Below are positions 19,535-31,773 of a stretch of 64,000 nt of DNA, piece by piece. The notes under the pieces were generated by a model that saw only the letters and a list, made by a program, of their open reading frames with translations, searched no databases and was not told the DNA's origin. The stretch covers positions 58,404,001 through 58,468,000 of the forward strand of contig OZ024744.1 of NCBI GenBank assembly GCA_964016885.1, in the 5' to 3' direction. Position 1 is the first letter of the stretch. The number at the start of each line of letters is the position of its first letter. Source of the DNA: Eledone cirrhosa. Taxonomy: Eukaryota. The translations under genes were made by a program, and so were the position numbers.

Positions 19535-19837
19535 GATGGCAGCTAACTCTGCTAAGAGTACTGCAATCGCTGGTCAGATTACAGAGTTTGGTGCACTTTT
19601 AGGCTACGGTCAGCCACACAAAACCTGTAACATATCCTGAACAAGCAATGCCTGTGCTTTGAGGGTGTTTTTAAGTGGGGTAAGGCCTTGCACTCGACCA
19701 ATCCCACTCTCTGAGTATCGCAGACACTACCCGAAAAGGAGAACTGGTCAACATCATCGGATGCTTCCGAAGCCGCAGGTTTTTTTCCCAGAGTTTCCCT
19801 CTCCTAGAAAGGTGTTGTAACAACAACTGGGGGCCTT
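19535..19837 (-). mobile_element. Diverged, truncated RTE-derived element (third subfamily)
   Basis: Shares gcaatgcctgtg, tcccactctct, gtcaacatcatcgg, ctcctagaa blocks; bounded by (CATA)n. Confidence 0.65.
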
Positions 19838-20017
19838 TCATACATACATACATATATACATACATACATACATACATCCATACATACATACATACATACA
19901 TATATACATACATACATACATCCATCCATACATACATACATACATACATAATACATACATACATACATACTTACACACATATATATACATACATACATAT
20001 ATACATACATACATACA

Positions 20018-20051
<34 letters not shown>

Positions 20052-20157
20052 CATACATACATACATACATCCATCCATACATACATACATACATAATACA
20101 TACATACATACATACTTACACACATACATACATACATACACATACATACATACATAC

Positions 20158-20188
<31 letters not shown>

Positions 20189-20252
20189 CATACATACATA
20201 CATACATACATACATACATACTTACATATACATATATATATATATACATATA

Positions 20253-20286
<34 letters not shown>

Positions 20287-20590
20287 CATACATACCTTCA
20301 TACATACATACATACATACATACATACATACTTACATATATATATATACATACATACATACATACATACATACACATACATACATACATACATACATACT
20401 TACATATATATATATACATACATACATACATATATACATACATACACACATACATACATACATATATACATACATACATACATATATATATATATACATA
20501 CATACATATATATATATACATATATACATACATACATACATACATACATACTTACATATATATATATACATATATATATACATACATACA
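19838..20590. repeat. (CATA)n compound microsatellite
   Basis: Direct reading. Confidence 0.95.
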
Positions 20591-20785
20591 GAAGAGTTAA
20601 TCCATTAAAGTCTCTGACCCAATTCTCAGGGTAGCTCCAGTTGAGCGGGTATCGTACTTTAACAGGACTTTGTATAGCGATTGCCAGTGTTATATTTTAC
20701 CTGTAATTAACGCCAGTATTGGAGGGGTGAGGCTACAAGGAGCGGGGGGTAATGATGACGAGAAGAAAGGAAGTAATAGTGGCGT

Positions 20786-20818
<33 letters not shown>

Positions 20819-20839
20819 AAGTAGTAGTAGGAGCAGTAT

Positions 20840-20881
<42 letters not shown>

Positions 20882-20916
20882 CAGCAGCAGCAGTATTAGT
20901 GGTAGTAGTAGCAGTA
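20786..20916. repeat. (AGT)n/(AGC)n trinucleotide repeat
   Basis: Direct reading. Confidence 0.92.
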
Positions 20917-20933
20917 GGTCGATAAGATATAGT

Positions 20934-21208
20934 GGGGTCGATAAAATAAAGTACCAGTCACGCACTGGGGTCGATTTAATCGACTTTCCCCTCCCCCCAA
21001 ATTACTGGCCTTGTGCCTATATAAGAAACCATTGGCAGTATCAGTAGAGGGTCGGACGCCATGCTTTCCAACATAGTTACGGCCCTTTACGATCTGAGTT
21101 CAAATCCCGCCGAGATTGACTTTGCCTTTCATCCTTACGGGGTCGATAAAATAAAGTACCAGTAATGCACTGCATAATTGCTGGCCTTGTGCCTAAAGTA
21201 GAAACAAT
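20934..21208 (+). mobile_element. Two tandem tRNA-derived SINE copies (3' fragment + near full length)
   Basis: gtcgataaaataaagtaccag core twice; tails ggccttgtgcc...agaaac. Confidence 0.85.
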
Positions 21209-21841
21209 TATTTCCAAACTGCATAGTTTGTATCTGCTCCAGGGGGCAGTGCCTGGCTCGCCTTGAGCTCCATTGTTGTCGCTCCCTAAGGAAAATATAT
21301 TCCTTATTCATTTGTTTTTCTATTTTGTCTTAAATAAATAGCTATAACTATCAAACCCAAAACGCATTCCACACACACTGTCAATCCCACACCGAAATAC
21401 GCACACACACAGACATCAACACATACACACACGCGCACGCGCGCACACACACACTACACACACACACACACTACACACACACACACACAAACTCCACTAA
21501 GATACATACATTCTTTTGGGCCAACATATTTGAACTTTGAAATGTGAGCTCTACTCTTAAAATTCTCTAGCTACCTCTCACCAATTGGCCTCTCGGCTCA
21601 CCACCAAATACAACGTTCAGTCGATATTTTGCAAAGGACATGAGGTGGTAGCATTACCAATTATTGTCTTATTTATTTATTTATTTATTCATGTATATAT
21701 CTGATCATGTAGTTTTATAGCATGTCTCCTTTCACATTCTTTCACTAGTAAATATGATTTAGTTTCGTTTCCTTTTTCTGTCATCATCACTCCAACACCA
21801 CCACCACCACCACCATAATCACCACCAAGTGTGTGTGTGTA

Positions 21842-21902
<61 letters not shown>

Positions 21903-22225
21903 GTGTGAATGCACACACGCATCTGTGTGTGCGAGCGTGTTATCGCGAATGTACTATGTATGTATTTACGCATGCATATGTGTGTTGGTATTATAGCGGT
22001 TCGACAAACAAAGATCGATAAAATAAGTACATGATTTGAATAAATAAGTACTGGGGTCGATTTGGTTTACGAAACCTCTAAAAGATACCCCACTTAAACC
22101 AGTGATATAATTAAAGAAAATATTCTCGCCTGCATACATTTATGTGAATAAACACAAGGGCGTGCCTTTCAAAATGTCTGTACGCGTATATCAATACATA
22201 CATAATACACACACACACACACACA

Positions 22226-22317
<92 letters not shown>

Positions 22318-22894
22318 CATAAAATCATTCACACATACATTTGCGTGTGAATGTGCTTGTGTGTGTGTGTGTAGTTATGACGACGTTCAACTAATCTTTG
22401 TTGAAAATGTATTTAGGTTGTTTTATTCCAGTGCACAAGAAGCAGCTCATTGAATGCATTCTTTCACTCTATAATAGTGTATCGAATATATTACATACCG
22501 GCTAAAAACTTACTGCCCTACCTAGCTACCTACCTACCTGCCTACCTACCTACCTACCTACCTACCTACCTACCTACCTACCTACCTACCTACTGACACA
22601 GACACACACACATACACACATTACCTGTCTACGCACCTACAAACCTCACCTATCTATGATTTTCCTTCATACCTATCCCATTTAGAACATATATATAAAG
22701 TTACAATCACTAGTCTATTGGTGCCCAAACCTTTCACCAAGGAGCTATCACATTTAAAGGTATTTTTCTATGGACCCATGACTTTTTGACAAATCCGTCG
22801 ACTCAATAAGCTGGACGAACCAGGAGTCTCGCGGGCTGCATGTTTGGAACTGCCATGAGTGGACTGGTTCTTAAAACCGACAGAAACATACAAA

Positions 22895-23432
22895 CTGACT
22901 TCTGAAGGTATGAGATGTGTTTTCGTTGCTCAGTTTAGGTGGCACTAACAGACTGGTGAGGGTCTGATGTGTTTTCATTGTTCAACTAACGTAACACTGA
23001 CTAACAGACTGCCGAAAGCCAGAGGTGTGTTTCACTGCTCAGCTAAGGTGACATCATCTAACAGACGCCTGACTGCTGAGGGTCAGAGGTGTGTTTTCAC
23101 TGCTTAGCTAAGATAACATTGACTACCAGACTGTTGGTCGCTGAGAGCCAGAGATGTATTTTCACTGGCCAGCTAAAGTGACACTGAGTAACACATGGAT
23201 GACTGCTAATAGCCAAGGGGGTGTTTTCACTGTCCATATAAGGTGACATCGATTAACAGACTACTGACTACCGAGAGCCAGATGTATGTTTTCACTGCTC
23301 AACTTGAGTGGGAGAGACTTAGAGACTGTTGACTACCGAAAGCCAGATGTGTGTTTTCACTGCTCAGCTTGAGTGAGAGACTAACAGATTGTTGACTACT
23401 GAGAGCTAGAGGTGTGTTTTTACTGCCCAGTT
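22895..23432. repeat. Degenerate ~55-62-bp minisatellite, about 9 units
   Basis: Recurring gagagccagaggtgtgttttcactgctcagctaaggtgacac..actaacagact. Confidence 0.8.
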
Positions 23433-23844
23433 AAAGTCTCTTCCATTTTCGAAGCTATCTTTGCGTAATAGTTATGATTTCTGTTTTTTCAACTGCTTTT
23501 TCCCCCCACCGTTCCGCTGGGCAAAGCCTAAATGTCTGAGCGGTATGTGCACCTCCGGGAATTGCTGCACCAAACTGGAAGTTCTTTACGTAGCCTAAGC
23601 CCCATAAAATGAAGTTTTGCATCTATTTTTTTTTCTTTCAAAGATCCACAAACGGCTGCTCACGTTGTTGTTAAACTAGGTTTTGTGGTGGTCCTTACTA
23701 GTGTAGGTAGGGAACTTCTAATTCATCAGTCACAGTTCACATGCACACACGAACCCACTAAAACAACATTCACATAGAAACACGAAAACTGGACTTTAAA
23801 AAGCAAGCAAGGATGGTGAGAGAAAGAAAGAAAAATAGATAGAT

Positions 23845-24322
23845 ATGTTTCTTTATTAACCACAGGGACACACAAGAAGGGGACAAATACAAAGAAGGAA
23901 GTTTACATACAATAAAAACGTGTAAAATACTATCACAAATGCAATTTAAAAATTAATCGATTTTCCCCAATAGGGGGAGACATTACATATGGGTAACACA
24001 TACCCCCGAAAAAATGCAACCCTCACATCCAGGGGTACGAAGAGTTAGTACCCCTTTCCTCTCTTCCTCTTTTTCCTCAACCTACAGGCTGATATAGAGA
24101 GAAGGCCCATTCACTCGGGCCATTCTCGCCACTTTCACCCACCTTTCATAAAACTTGCTGGGGTACAGCACCTCTCTCTCCATCCTGATTCTTCTTCCAA
24201 AGAGGTATTTGAAAAAAAGAATCAGTTGTTGGCCGGAGAGAAAGGTGTCTGACCTCAGCCCTTTTAACCTTGTCCACGATACAACCTCTTTCGCCATAGC
24301 TATCACACAAAGGAGAATCGCA
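23845..24322 (-). mobile_element. 5'-truncated Tx1-clade LINE 3' end flanked by GATA repeats
   Basis: Encodes ...CVIAMAKEVVSWTRLKGL...ARVNGPSLYISL*; near-identical to 57281-57737. Confidence 0.88.
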
Positions 24323-24439
24323 TAGATAGATAGATATACAAGAGAGCGAAGAGGAAGAATGAAGACTTCATATGCCAACGCTATAAACTTTAGTCCACTT
24401 GTTGATCTGTTTCATCTCGTTTTCACTATATTTCTCTAT

Positions 24440-24540
<101 letters not shown>

Positions 24541-24721
24541 TCAATCTCTCTCTCTCTATATATATATATTCAGGGTGTATAAAAAAGAATCATCAGACAT
24601 ACTCTCACACACACACACACACCCGCGCACACACACACACACATTTATATTTATATACATCATATCTATCAACCTATCAATCTTTATATTACGATTCTAA
24701 AATTGTTGACCGTGTCTACCC

Positions 24722-24843
<122 letters not shown>

Positions 24844-25155
24844 CACACTCGCACACCTACCACTCTCCAGTCTTTGTAGAAAGAAGTATGTCCCACTAGC
24901 CGAATATTTCCTCTCCAAGAAACCATAGATGGTCAGTCAACAAAAGGGTGTATCTGACACCCGGTTAAACACCATCAGCTACCTAGCCACCCTTCAGTGC
25001 CTTTAGAACAGACCATTTTATTGGAATGCTGCAAGCATTCTGGTCAGGTCTCCAACAAGAACATACTTTTCTTCCTCCCTCCTTCTCTAAGACAAAGGTT
25101 ATTATAATGTTTACACATATAGGAGGTAGGAAATATTATATAGTATTTAGGGAGG

Positions 25156-25342
25156 AGGCGGTGGATTGGCAGTATCGGTAGAGGGTCGGACGCCATGCTT
25201 TGACGCATAGAGTTACGGCCCTTGCCATTCTGAGGTCAAATCTCGCCGAGGTTAACTTTGCCTTTCATCCTTACGGGGTCGATAAAATAAAGTACCAATA
25301 ATACACTGGGTAATTGCTGGCCTTGTGCCAAAAGTAGAAACA
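25156..25342 (+). mobile_element. tRNA-derived SINE, full length, with 21-bp target-site duplication
   Basis: attatatagtatttagggagg at 25135-25155 and 25343-25363; A-box-like tggcagtatcgg, B-box-like ggtcaaatctc. Confidence 0.9.
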
Positions 25343-26218
25343 ATTATATAGTATTTAGGGAGGGTGTTTGAGAGAGTGGGAGATATATAGTGTTTAGGGG
25401 CGGCATGTGTAAGGGGTAGGAGGTATATAGTATTTAGGGAAGTGAAGAGGTAAGAGGTATATAGTTTTTGAGAATGGTAAGTGTATGGGGTGGAAGATAT
25501 TATATAGTAGTATTTAGAGGTGATGTGTGAAAGGGCTATGAGGTATTTAGTGTTTATGGCTGTGTGTATAGGATGCAGGAGTTTATGTAGTAGATTTAGC
25601 AACAACAAGAGCAACGGCAACAATAGCCACAAAAAAGAACAACAGGAAGAACATCAGCAACAACAGCAGCAACCAGAAAATCAGTACGAAAATGGCGATA
25701 ATGTAGTTCAGAAGCGAAGCGAGATGATAAGCTATGGAGTTACACCGTCCTAGTTGTATTGAATTGTAAAACATGGCATTTAGGCGATGTATCTAACTAC
25801 CAACCCATTACTAATTGGTGCAACTGGAGTGGCTTAGAACCACAGTACTACACAACCACTTTTCTAAAGAAGACACAGACAGTTTTATTTACTTATAAGG
25901 AGATGCACAGGCACGTTCCAGAAAAATAGCAATGCTAGTCATTAGTATCTGTAAAAATATGTTGGGTCGTTCTCACACACCATTTGTTTAATATTTTTTC
26001 CCAAGATCTACTTCTTATTCATATATGACGGCATGTAGAAAATCAGAATCTGCCTTGATCCGGTTTAACGCAACCACCACCTGTGTGTGCATTTATCAGA
26101 GGTCACGTTGTAGTAATTTGGGTTATTTCTCAGGTTTTAGGTCATTTTCCACCTCGTCTCAATTACATGAGATTCAGAACAGTATCGTATGGATTGCCCT
26201 CCTCTCTAAGCAGTAACA

Positions 26219-26269
<51 letters not shown>

Positions 26270-26338
26270 AAATAAATAAATAAATAAAGACTTTACATCT
26301 ATAATCTACACAAGGTTGGTTGTTCACCTGGAAAGCAA

Positions 26339-27282
26339 TGACATCACACACTAGAGATGACTGAGGAAGGAAGGGGTGATGACCTCAGACACTAGAGATG
26401 ACTGAGGAAGGAAAGGGTGATGACCTCAGACACTAGAGATGACTGAGGAAGGAAGGGTGATGACCTCAGACACTAGAGATGACTGAGGAAGGAAGGGGTG
26501 ATGACATCACACACTAGAGATGACTGAGGAAGGAAGGGGTGATGACATCACACACTAGAGATGACTGAGGGAGGAAGGGGTGATGACATCACATACTAGA
26601 CATGACTGAGGAAGGAAGGGGTGATGACATCATACACTAGAGATGACTGAGGAAGGAAGGGGTGATGACATCACACACTAGAGATGACTGAGGGAGGAAG
26701 GGGTGATGACATCACACACTAGAGATGACTGAGGGAGGAAGGGGTGATGACATCACACACTAGAGATGACTGAGGGAGGAAGGGGTGATGACATCACATA
26801 CTAGAGATGACTGAGGGAGGAAGGGGTGATGACATCACACACTAGAGATGACTGAGGAAGGAAGGGGTGATGACGTCACACACTAGAGATGACTGAGGAA
26901 GGAAGGGGTGATGACGTCACACACTAGAGATGACTGAGGAAAGAATGGGTGATGACGTCACACACTAGAGATGACTGAGGAAGGAAGGGGTGATGACGTC
27001 ACACACTAGAGATGACTGAGGAAAGAATGGGTGATGACGTCACACACTAGAGATGACTGAGGAAGGAAGGGGAGATGACCTCAGACACTAGAGATGACTG
27101 AGGAAGGAAGGGGTGATGACGTCACACACTAGAGATGACTGAGGAAGGAAGGGGTCATGACGTCACACACTAGAGATAGAGGAAGGAAGGGGTGATGACG
27201 ACACACACTAGAGATGACTGAGGAAGGAAGGGGTGATGACATTACACACTAGAGATGATTGAGGAAGGAAGGGGTGATGACA
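26339..27282. repeat. 41-bp minisatellite, about 23 units
   Basis: Unit gacatcacacactagagatgactgaggaaggaaggggtgat; ctagagatg at 26351, 26392 and onward. Confidence 0.96.
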
Positions 27283-27444
27283 AACTACAGAAAACAGTCT
27301 CTAACATTCACTACACTTGTGTGTACAATCTATATATAAAGTGACTTATTTCTGTGTGTCTGTGTTTGTGCGTTTATAATAACATAGTCATACACGTGTC
27401 AGTGTGTTGGAAAAAAAATTCTAGTAAAATAAAAATGGGAAACT

Positions 27445-27590
27445 ATATTAACTGCAGATTTGGCATTCAGCATAAGGTAACGATTGACTACAATATGTTT
27501 AGCATTCCAGTCCTTGCAAAGAAAGAATGTATTTTCAGACACCATCATGTGGTAGCTATATCTATGGGGCAATATGTCGACACTTCGAGG
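27445..27590 (+). mobile_element. Old R4/Dong-like LINE fragment (CCHC region)
   Basis: NCRFGIQHKVTIDY...PVLAKKECIFRHHHV resembles CR.C....ETI.H....C..LA..EY..RHD.V. Confidence 0.5.
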
Positions 27591-27750
27591 TGGTTACAAT
27601 ATGATATGGTTGCAATAAACTAGATGTTGGCTGTCCAAACTAACAATATTATCAATGTAAACTATCCAGATATAGGGAAAGGCATGCAAGGCTGCTTGTG
27701 TGGATATGAATTTCGCCACACAACTACGTGGTTTCAGATTCAGCCCTACT

Positions 27751-27784
<34 letters not shown>

Positions 27785-27904
27785 TGTATGTATGTATGTA
27801 TGTATGTATGTATGTATGTATGTATGTATGACTGAGGAAGGAAGGGGTGATGACATCACACACTAGAGATGACTGAGGGAGGAAGGGGTGATGACATCAC
27901 ATAT

Positions 27905-28313
27905 GGGAGAGATGACCCCTTAGCCTTTGTCAAGGCAGAATTCTAGGAGAAGGAAAACTCTGATATAACACCTGCAACTCTGATGGTATCCAATGATGTT
28001 GACTTGTTCTTCTTTTTGGTAAATATCATCTTGGTTAAGAGAGTGGGACTGGCTTTGTGCAGTGCCTTTGCTCACTATAAAAGCTTCACGACACAGGCAT
28101 TGCTTTATATCTGGAGATCTCCCTGCACTTGTCGTCACATGATACCATGGGCCCAGCACTAAATGTCAATAATTGTCACAAGTGTAGTGTTTGTACCAGA
28201 GTTTTCAAGTCGCTGGCTGGACTAAAAAGTCACACTCGTTCAGCGCATCGGTAGGGGTTCTCCTACATGGATATAAAGTAGTGGCCGTACTCGAAAACGA
28301 GTTGGCAGCCACC
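27905..28313 (+). mobile_element. 5'-truncated copy of the bipartite RTE-derived element fused to 41-bp units
   Basis: Matches 12768-13177; (ATGT)n tail; preceded by two 41-bp units (27827-27903). Confidence 0.85.
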
Positions 28314-29288
28314 ATGTATGTATGTATGTATGTATGTATGTATGTATGTATGTATGTATGTATGTATGAATGTATGTATGTATGTACGTATGTGTGTGTG
28401 TATGTGTGTGTGTGTGTGTGTGTGTTTACTTTTGTGTCTGTGTTTATATCCTGCAACTTAAAAGTTCAGCTAAAGAAAAGGAAAATATTGATAAAACAAA
28501 TACAGGGTTTGAGAAAATAAGTACTGGAATCGTTTAATGACTAAAACCATTTAAAAACTAAAAGAATATAATAATCAAAGAAGGAACGAAAATGTCTGTA
28601 TTTTGATAGAGAGGTCAATCTATTTGAGAAGCTGAGAGACTGCATGTACATACGTATCTTGGAATGGAAACAAACAGTACCAATAATTGGTTCTTCTTTT
28701 GGCACAAGGCTAGCAATTATCCCAGTGTATTACTGGTACTTTATTTTATCGACCACGCAAGGATGAAAAGCAAAGTTAACCTCAGCGGTTAACAAGCAGT
28801 ACCAATAATGATTTCTGTACTGGTTATGATAAAGATATTGATAGTTTAGACATTAACAAAAACATACAAGCATAAAAGGGCTCACAACACTACAGGCAAT
28901 CGATAATTACCCTGATAGGTACAGTCTACATTCTACATACTACATCCTATACAAATTACCTTCAGTGGCACAACACACACGGCACATACCCCATTGAATC
29001 ATCCCCGAATTATATATATAATATAATATCGAGAGTCGATTGACAAGGTCCCAGATCTCATTCGCTTAACGAGTGGGGTGGAGCTCGTCAAATCAGGACG
29101 AGGAAATAATGTTTCCATTGGTCTTTCCAATTGCTAATACTATCTGCCGGTCGCAACTCCAGGTAGAAGGAGCAACGTGAAATAAAGTGTCTTGTTCAAA
29201 GACATAACGCGGTCCAGGAATCGAACTCACAACCGCAAGATTGCGAATCCAATTCTCTAACCACTCAGCCACGCGTATTCATCTAAAC

Positions 29289-29479
29289 ATAGTATTAGTA
29301 TTAGTATAAGTATAGTATAAGTATAGTATAAGTATTAGTATTAGTATAGTATAAGTATAGTATAAGTATAGTATAAGTATAAGTATAGTATAGTACAGTA
29401 TAGTATAATATAGTATAGTATAGTATAGTATAGTATAATATAATATAATATAATATAATATAATATAATATAATATAAT
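29289..29479. repeat. (TATAG)n/(TATAA)n pentanucleotide repeat
   Basis: Direct reading. Confidence 0.9.
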
Positions 29480-29485
29480 GTAATG

Positions 29486-29698
29486 CTTTTTGATTTAGGC
29501 ACAAGGCCAACAATTTGGAGGAATGGAAAGTCGATTAAATCGACCCCAGTGCGTTACTGGTACTTTATTTATCGACCCCGTAAGGATGAAAGGCAAAGCT
29601 AACCCCGGCGGGATTTGAACTCAGAATGTAAAGCGCCACAACTCGATGCTGTAAAGTATGTTGCCTGACGCTCTACCGATACTGCCAACCCACCACCC
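29486..29698 (-). mobile_element. tRNA-derived SINE
   Basis: Family consensus, reverse strand. Confidence 0.85.
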
Positions 29699-30127
29699 TT
29701 ATGATATAATATAATAGTAAATTCCACCATCGGCCGTTACTTGGGTGCCATTTCGGCCGCTTGTATTAGTGATGATATTCTTTCGTTCATTAACCAAGAC
29801 TAAAATAACAAGTTGCAAGAATCTTGAAATAAGTAAGATATGGACTAATGAAGTATATACACTACCAAGAAAAATTGGAGCAAATGTTGTTCTAAAATGT
29901 TTTCTTATATGCCAGACTTCGGCATTCTCTGACAACGGTGCTCTCTCTCTCTCTCTCTCTCTCATGGACATAAACAAAGAAAATTTGTTGTAAATTGTGC
30001 ATTGTGAACGCAAATACAAACATCCACACAAACACACACATGCGCGCGCACACACACACAGACACACACACGCATACACGCACGCACACACACACACACA
30101 TATATATATATACTACCAAAGTATATA

Positions 30128-30304
30128 ATTGTTTCTACTTTTGGCACAAGGCCAGCAATTACCCAGTACATTACTGGTACTTTATTTTATCGACCCCGTA
30201 AGGATGAAAGGCAAAGTTAACCTCGACGGGATTTGAACTCAGACCGTAAAGGGACGTAAATATGCTGGAAAGCATGGCGTCCGACCCTCTACCGATACTG
30301 CCAA
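30128..30304 (-). mobile_element. tRNA-derived SINE
   Basis: Family consensus, reverse strand. Confidence 0.85.
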
Positions 30305-30319
30305 TATAATGATCTATAA

Positions 30320-30668
30320 CTACAGTGTCTTTGGTTGCCAAGTCTTAATCAATAAAGAATATACCCCCAGACAAGGCAGAGTTAAGAATTACAAACACTG
30401 GAAGTTATAAGTTATGTTAGCGTTGTGAAATACCAACAGAAAAGATGTGATATAAACATACACCAGAAAAGGTGATTGTGCAGCCATACTCTGGGATATG
30501 CCAATCAACCACGAAGAGAGCTGCCTCCTAAGAGATGTATTAGTCTCAACAGATGACAACGTATTTTTCAAAGAAATAGAGTAATTATGCGAATGTAAAG
30601 ATCTGGAAATAAAGACAACCGAAATGTGGATGATTAGAACTGAAAAAATAATCCTCATAATAATTAGA
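30320..30668 (+). mobile_element. Decayed R4/Dong-like LINE 3' fragment
   Basis: GCQVLINKEY, YKHTPEKV, ILWDMPI, DDNVFFKEIE, KDLEIKTTEMW motifs. Confidence 0.65.
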
Positions 30669-31380
30669 CTTGAGAATCGTTAAAGCACACACACACACAC
30701 ACGCACATGTGTAGTGTGTTGTGTGTGTGTGTGTGTGTTTGTGAGTGAGTGTGTGTGTGTTGTGTGTGAGAGAGTGTTTGTATTGTGTGTGTGAGTGAGT
30801 GTGTGTGTTGTGTGTCTGTGTGTGTGTGTTGTGTGCATGTGTGTGTGTGTGTTGTGTGCATGTGTGTGTTGTGTGTTTGTGTGTGTGTCTATGTGTTGTG
30901 TGTGTGTATGTGTTGTGTGTGTTGCGACAGTTTATGTAGTGAAAGAAAGAAGAGCTGTACCTATGACTCTTTATTTTGCAGAGCTTCCAACAAGAGAAGT
31001 GGGAATATGGAAAGTATCTTCAAATCAGAGAGGCCTGGTTTGAATGCTTGTTAATGACACCCAAATAACAGGCGATGGTGCTAAATGAGAGAGCCACATC
31101 GGAGCAAATAATAAAAAAAAAAACGGTGCTGTAACCTTATTTAGATACACTGTTATTTTTAATTAACACTATTCTGATCAAATCTTCAGATTATGGTCCC
31201 CATTTTTATAGTTAACTCTCGCGGCAACGGGATTATAAACAAACAAAATTTCATCGCTGGAATTTAGATGCGCACAATCATGAACAATTAACATGGTCAA
31301 ATTTAACAAAGTCTTGCATATTTTGACTGTTACATTTACAGTTGGTATTTGTATTTGCTAGCCAGGAAAACTGACGTTAA

Positions 31381-31393
31381 ATGGTGATGATGC

Positions 31394-31460
<67 letters not shown>

Positions 31461-31528
31461 GATGATGAGGGTGATGATGGTGATGGTGATGGTGATGATG
31501 ATGGTGATGATGATGATGGTGATGATGT
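31381..31528. repeat. (ATG)n/(GTG) trinucleotide repeat
   Basis: Direct reading; poly-His/poly-Met ORFs are artefacts. Confidence 0.93.
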
Positions 31529-31643
31529 GTCATTCCCTTTGTGTGGAAGCCCCATCTTTTCAACATTACAACATTAGACAGTAACTCTTATAGCCAGGTA
31601 CACTAATAATTGTGGGAAAATATAAATGTGTGTGTGTGGATGT

Positions 31644-31731
<88 letters not shown>

Positions 31732-31773
31732 ATAGATCACCGTAGAGAAACAACAATAACAACAAATAATTAT

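Noticed and set aside
21215-21290. GC-rich island with a minus-strand ttttccttag acceptor and CTCF-like ccagggggcag
   Set aside because: No good donor and only a partial motif match; not supportable from sequence alone
25156-25250. tRNA genes
   Set aside because: tRNA-like A/B boxes are SINE heads with family bodies and TSDs; no complete cloverleaf could be built
26339-27282. 41-bp array as a CRISPR array
   Set aside because: Contiguous tandem units with no unique spacers, no cas genes, eukaryotic context; the same applies to the 52, 75 and 147-bp arrays
31336-31584. Poly-His/poly-Met/poly-Ser ORFs
   Set aside because: Pure (ATG)n microsatellite with no flanking coding context
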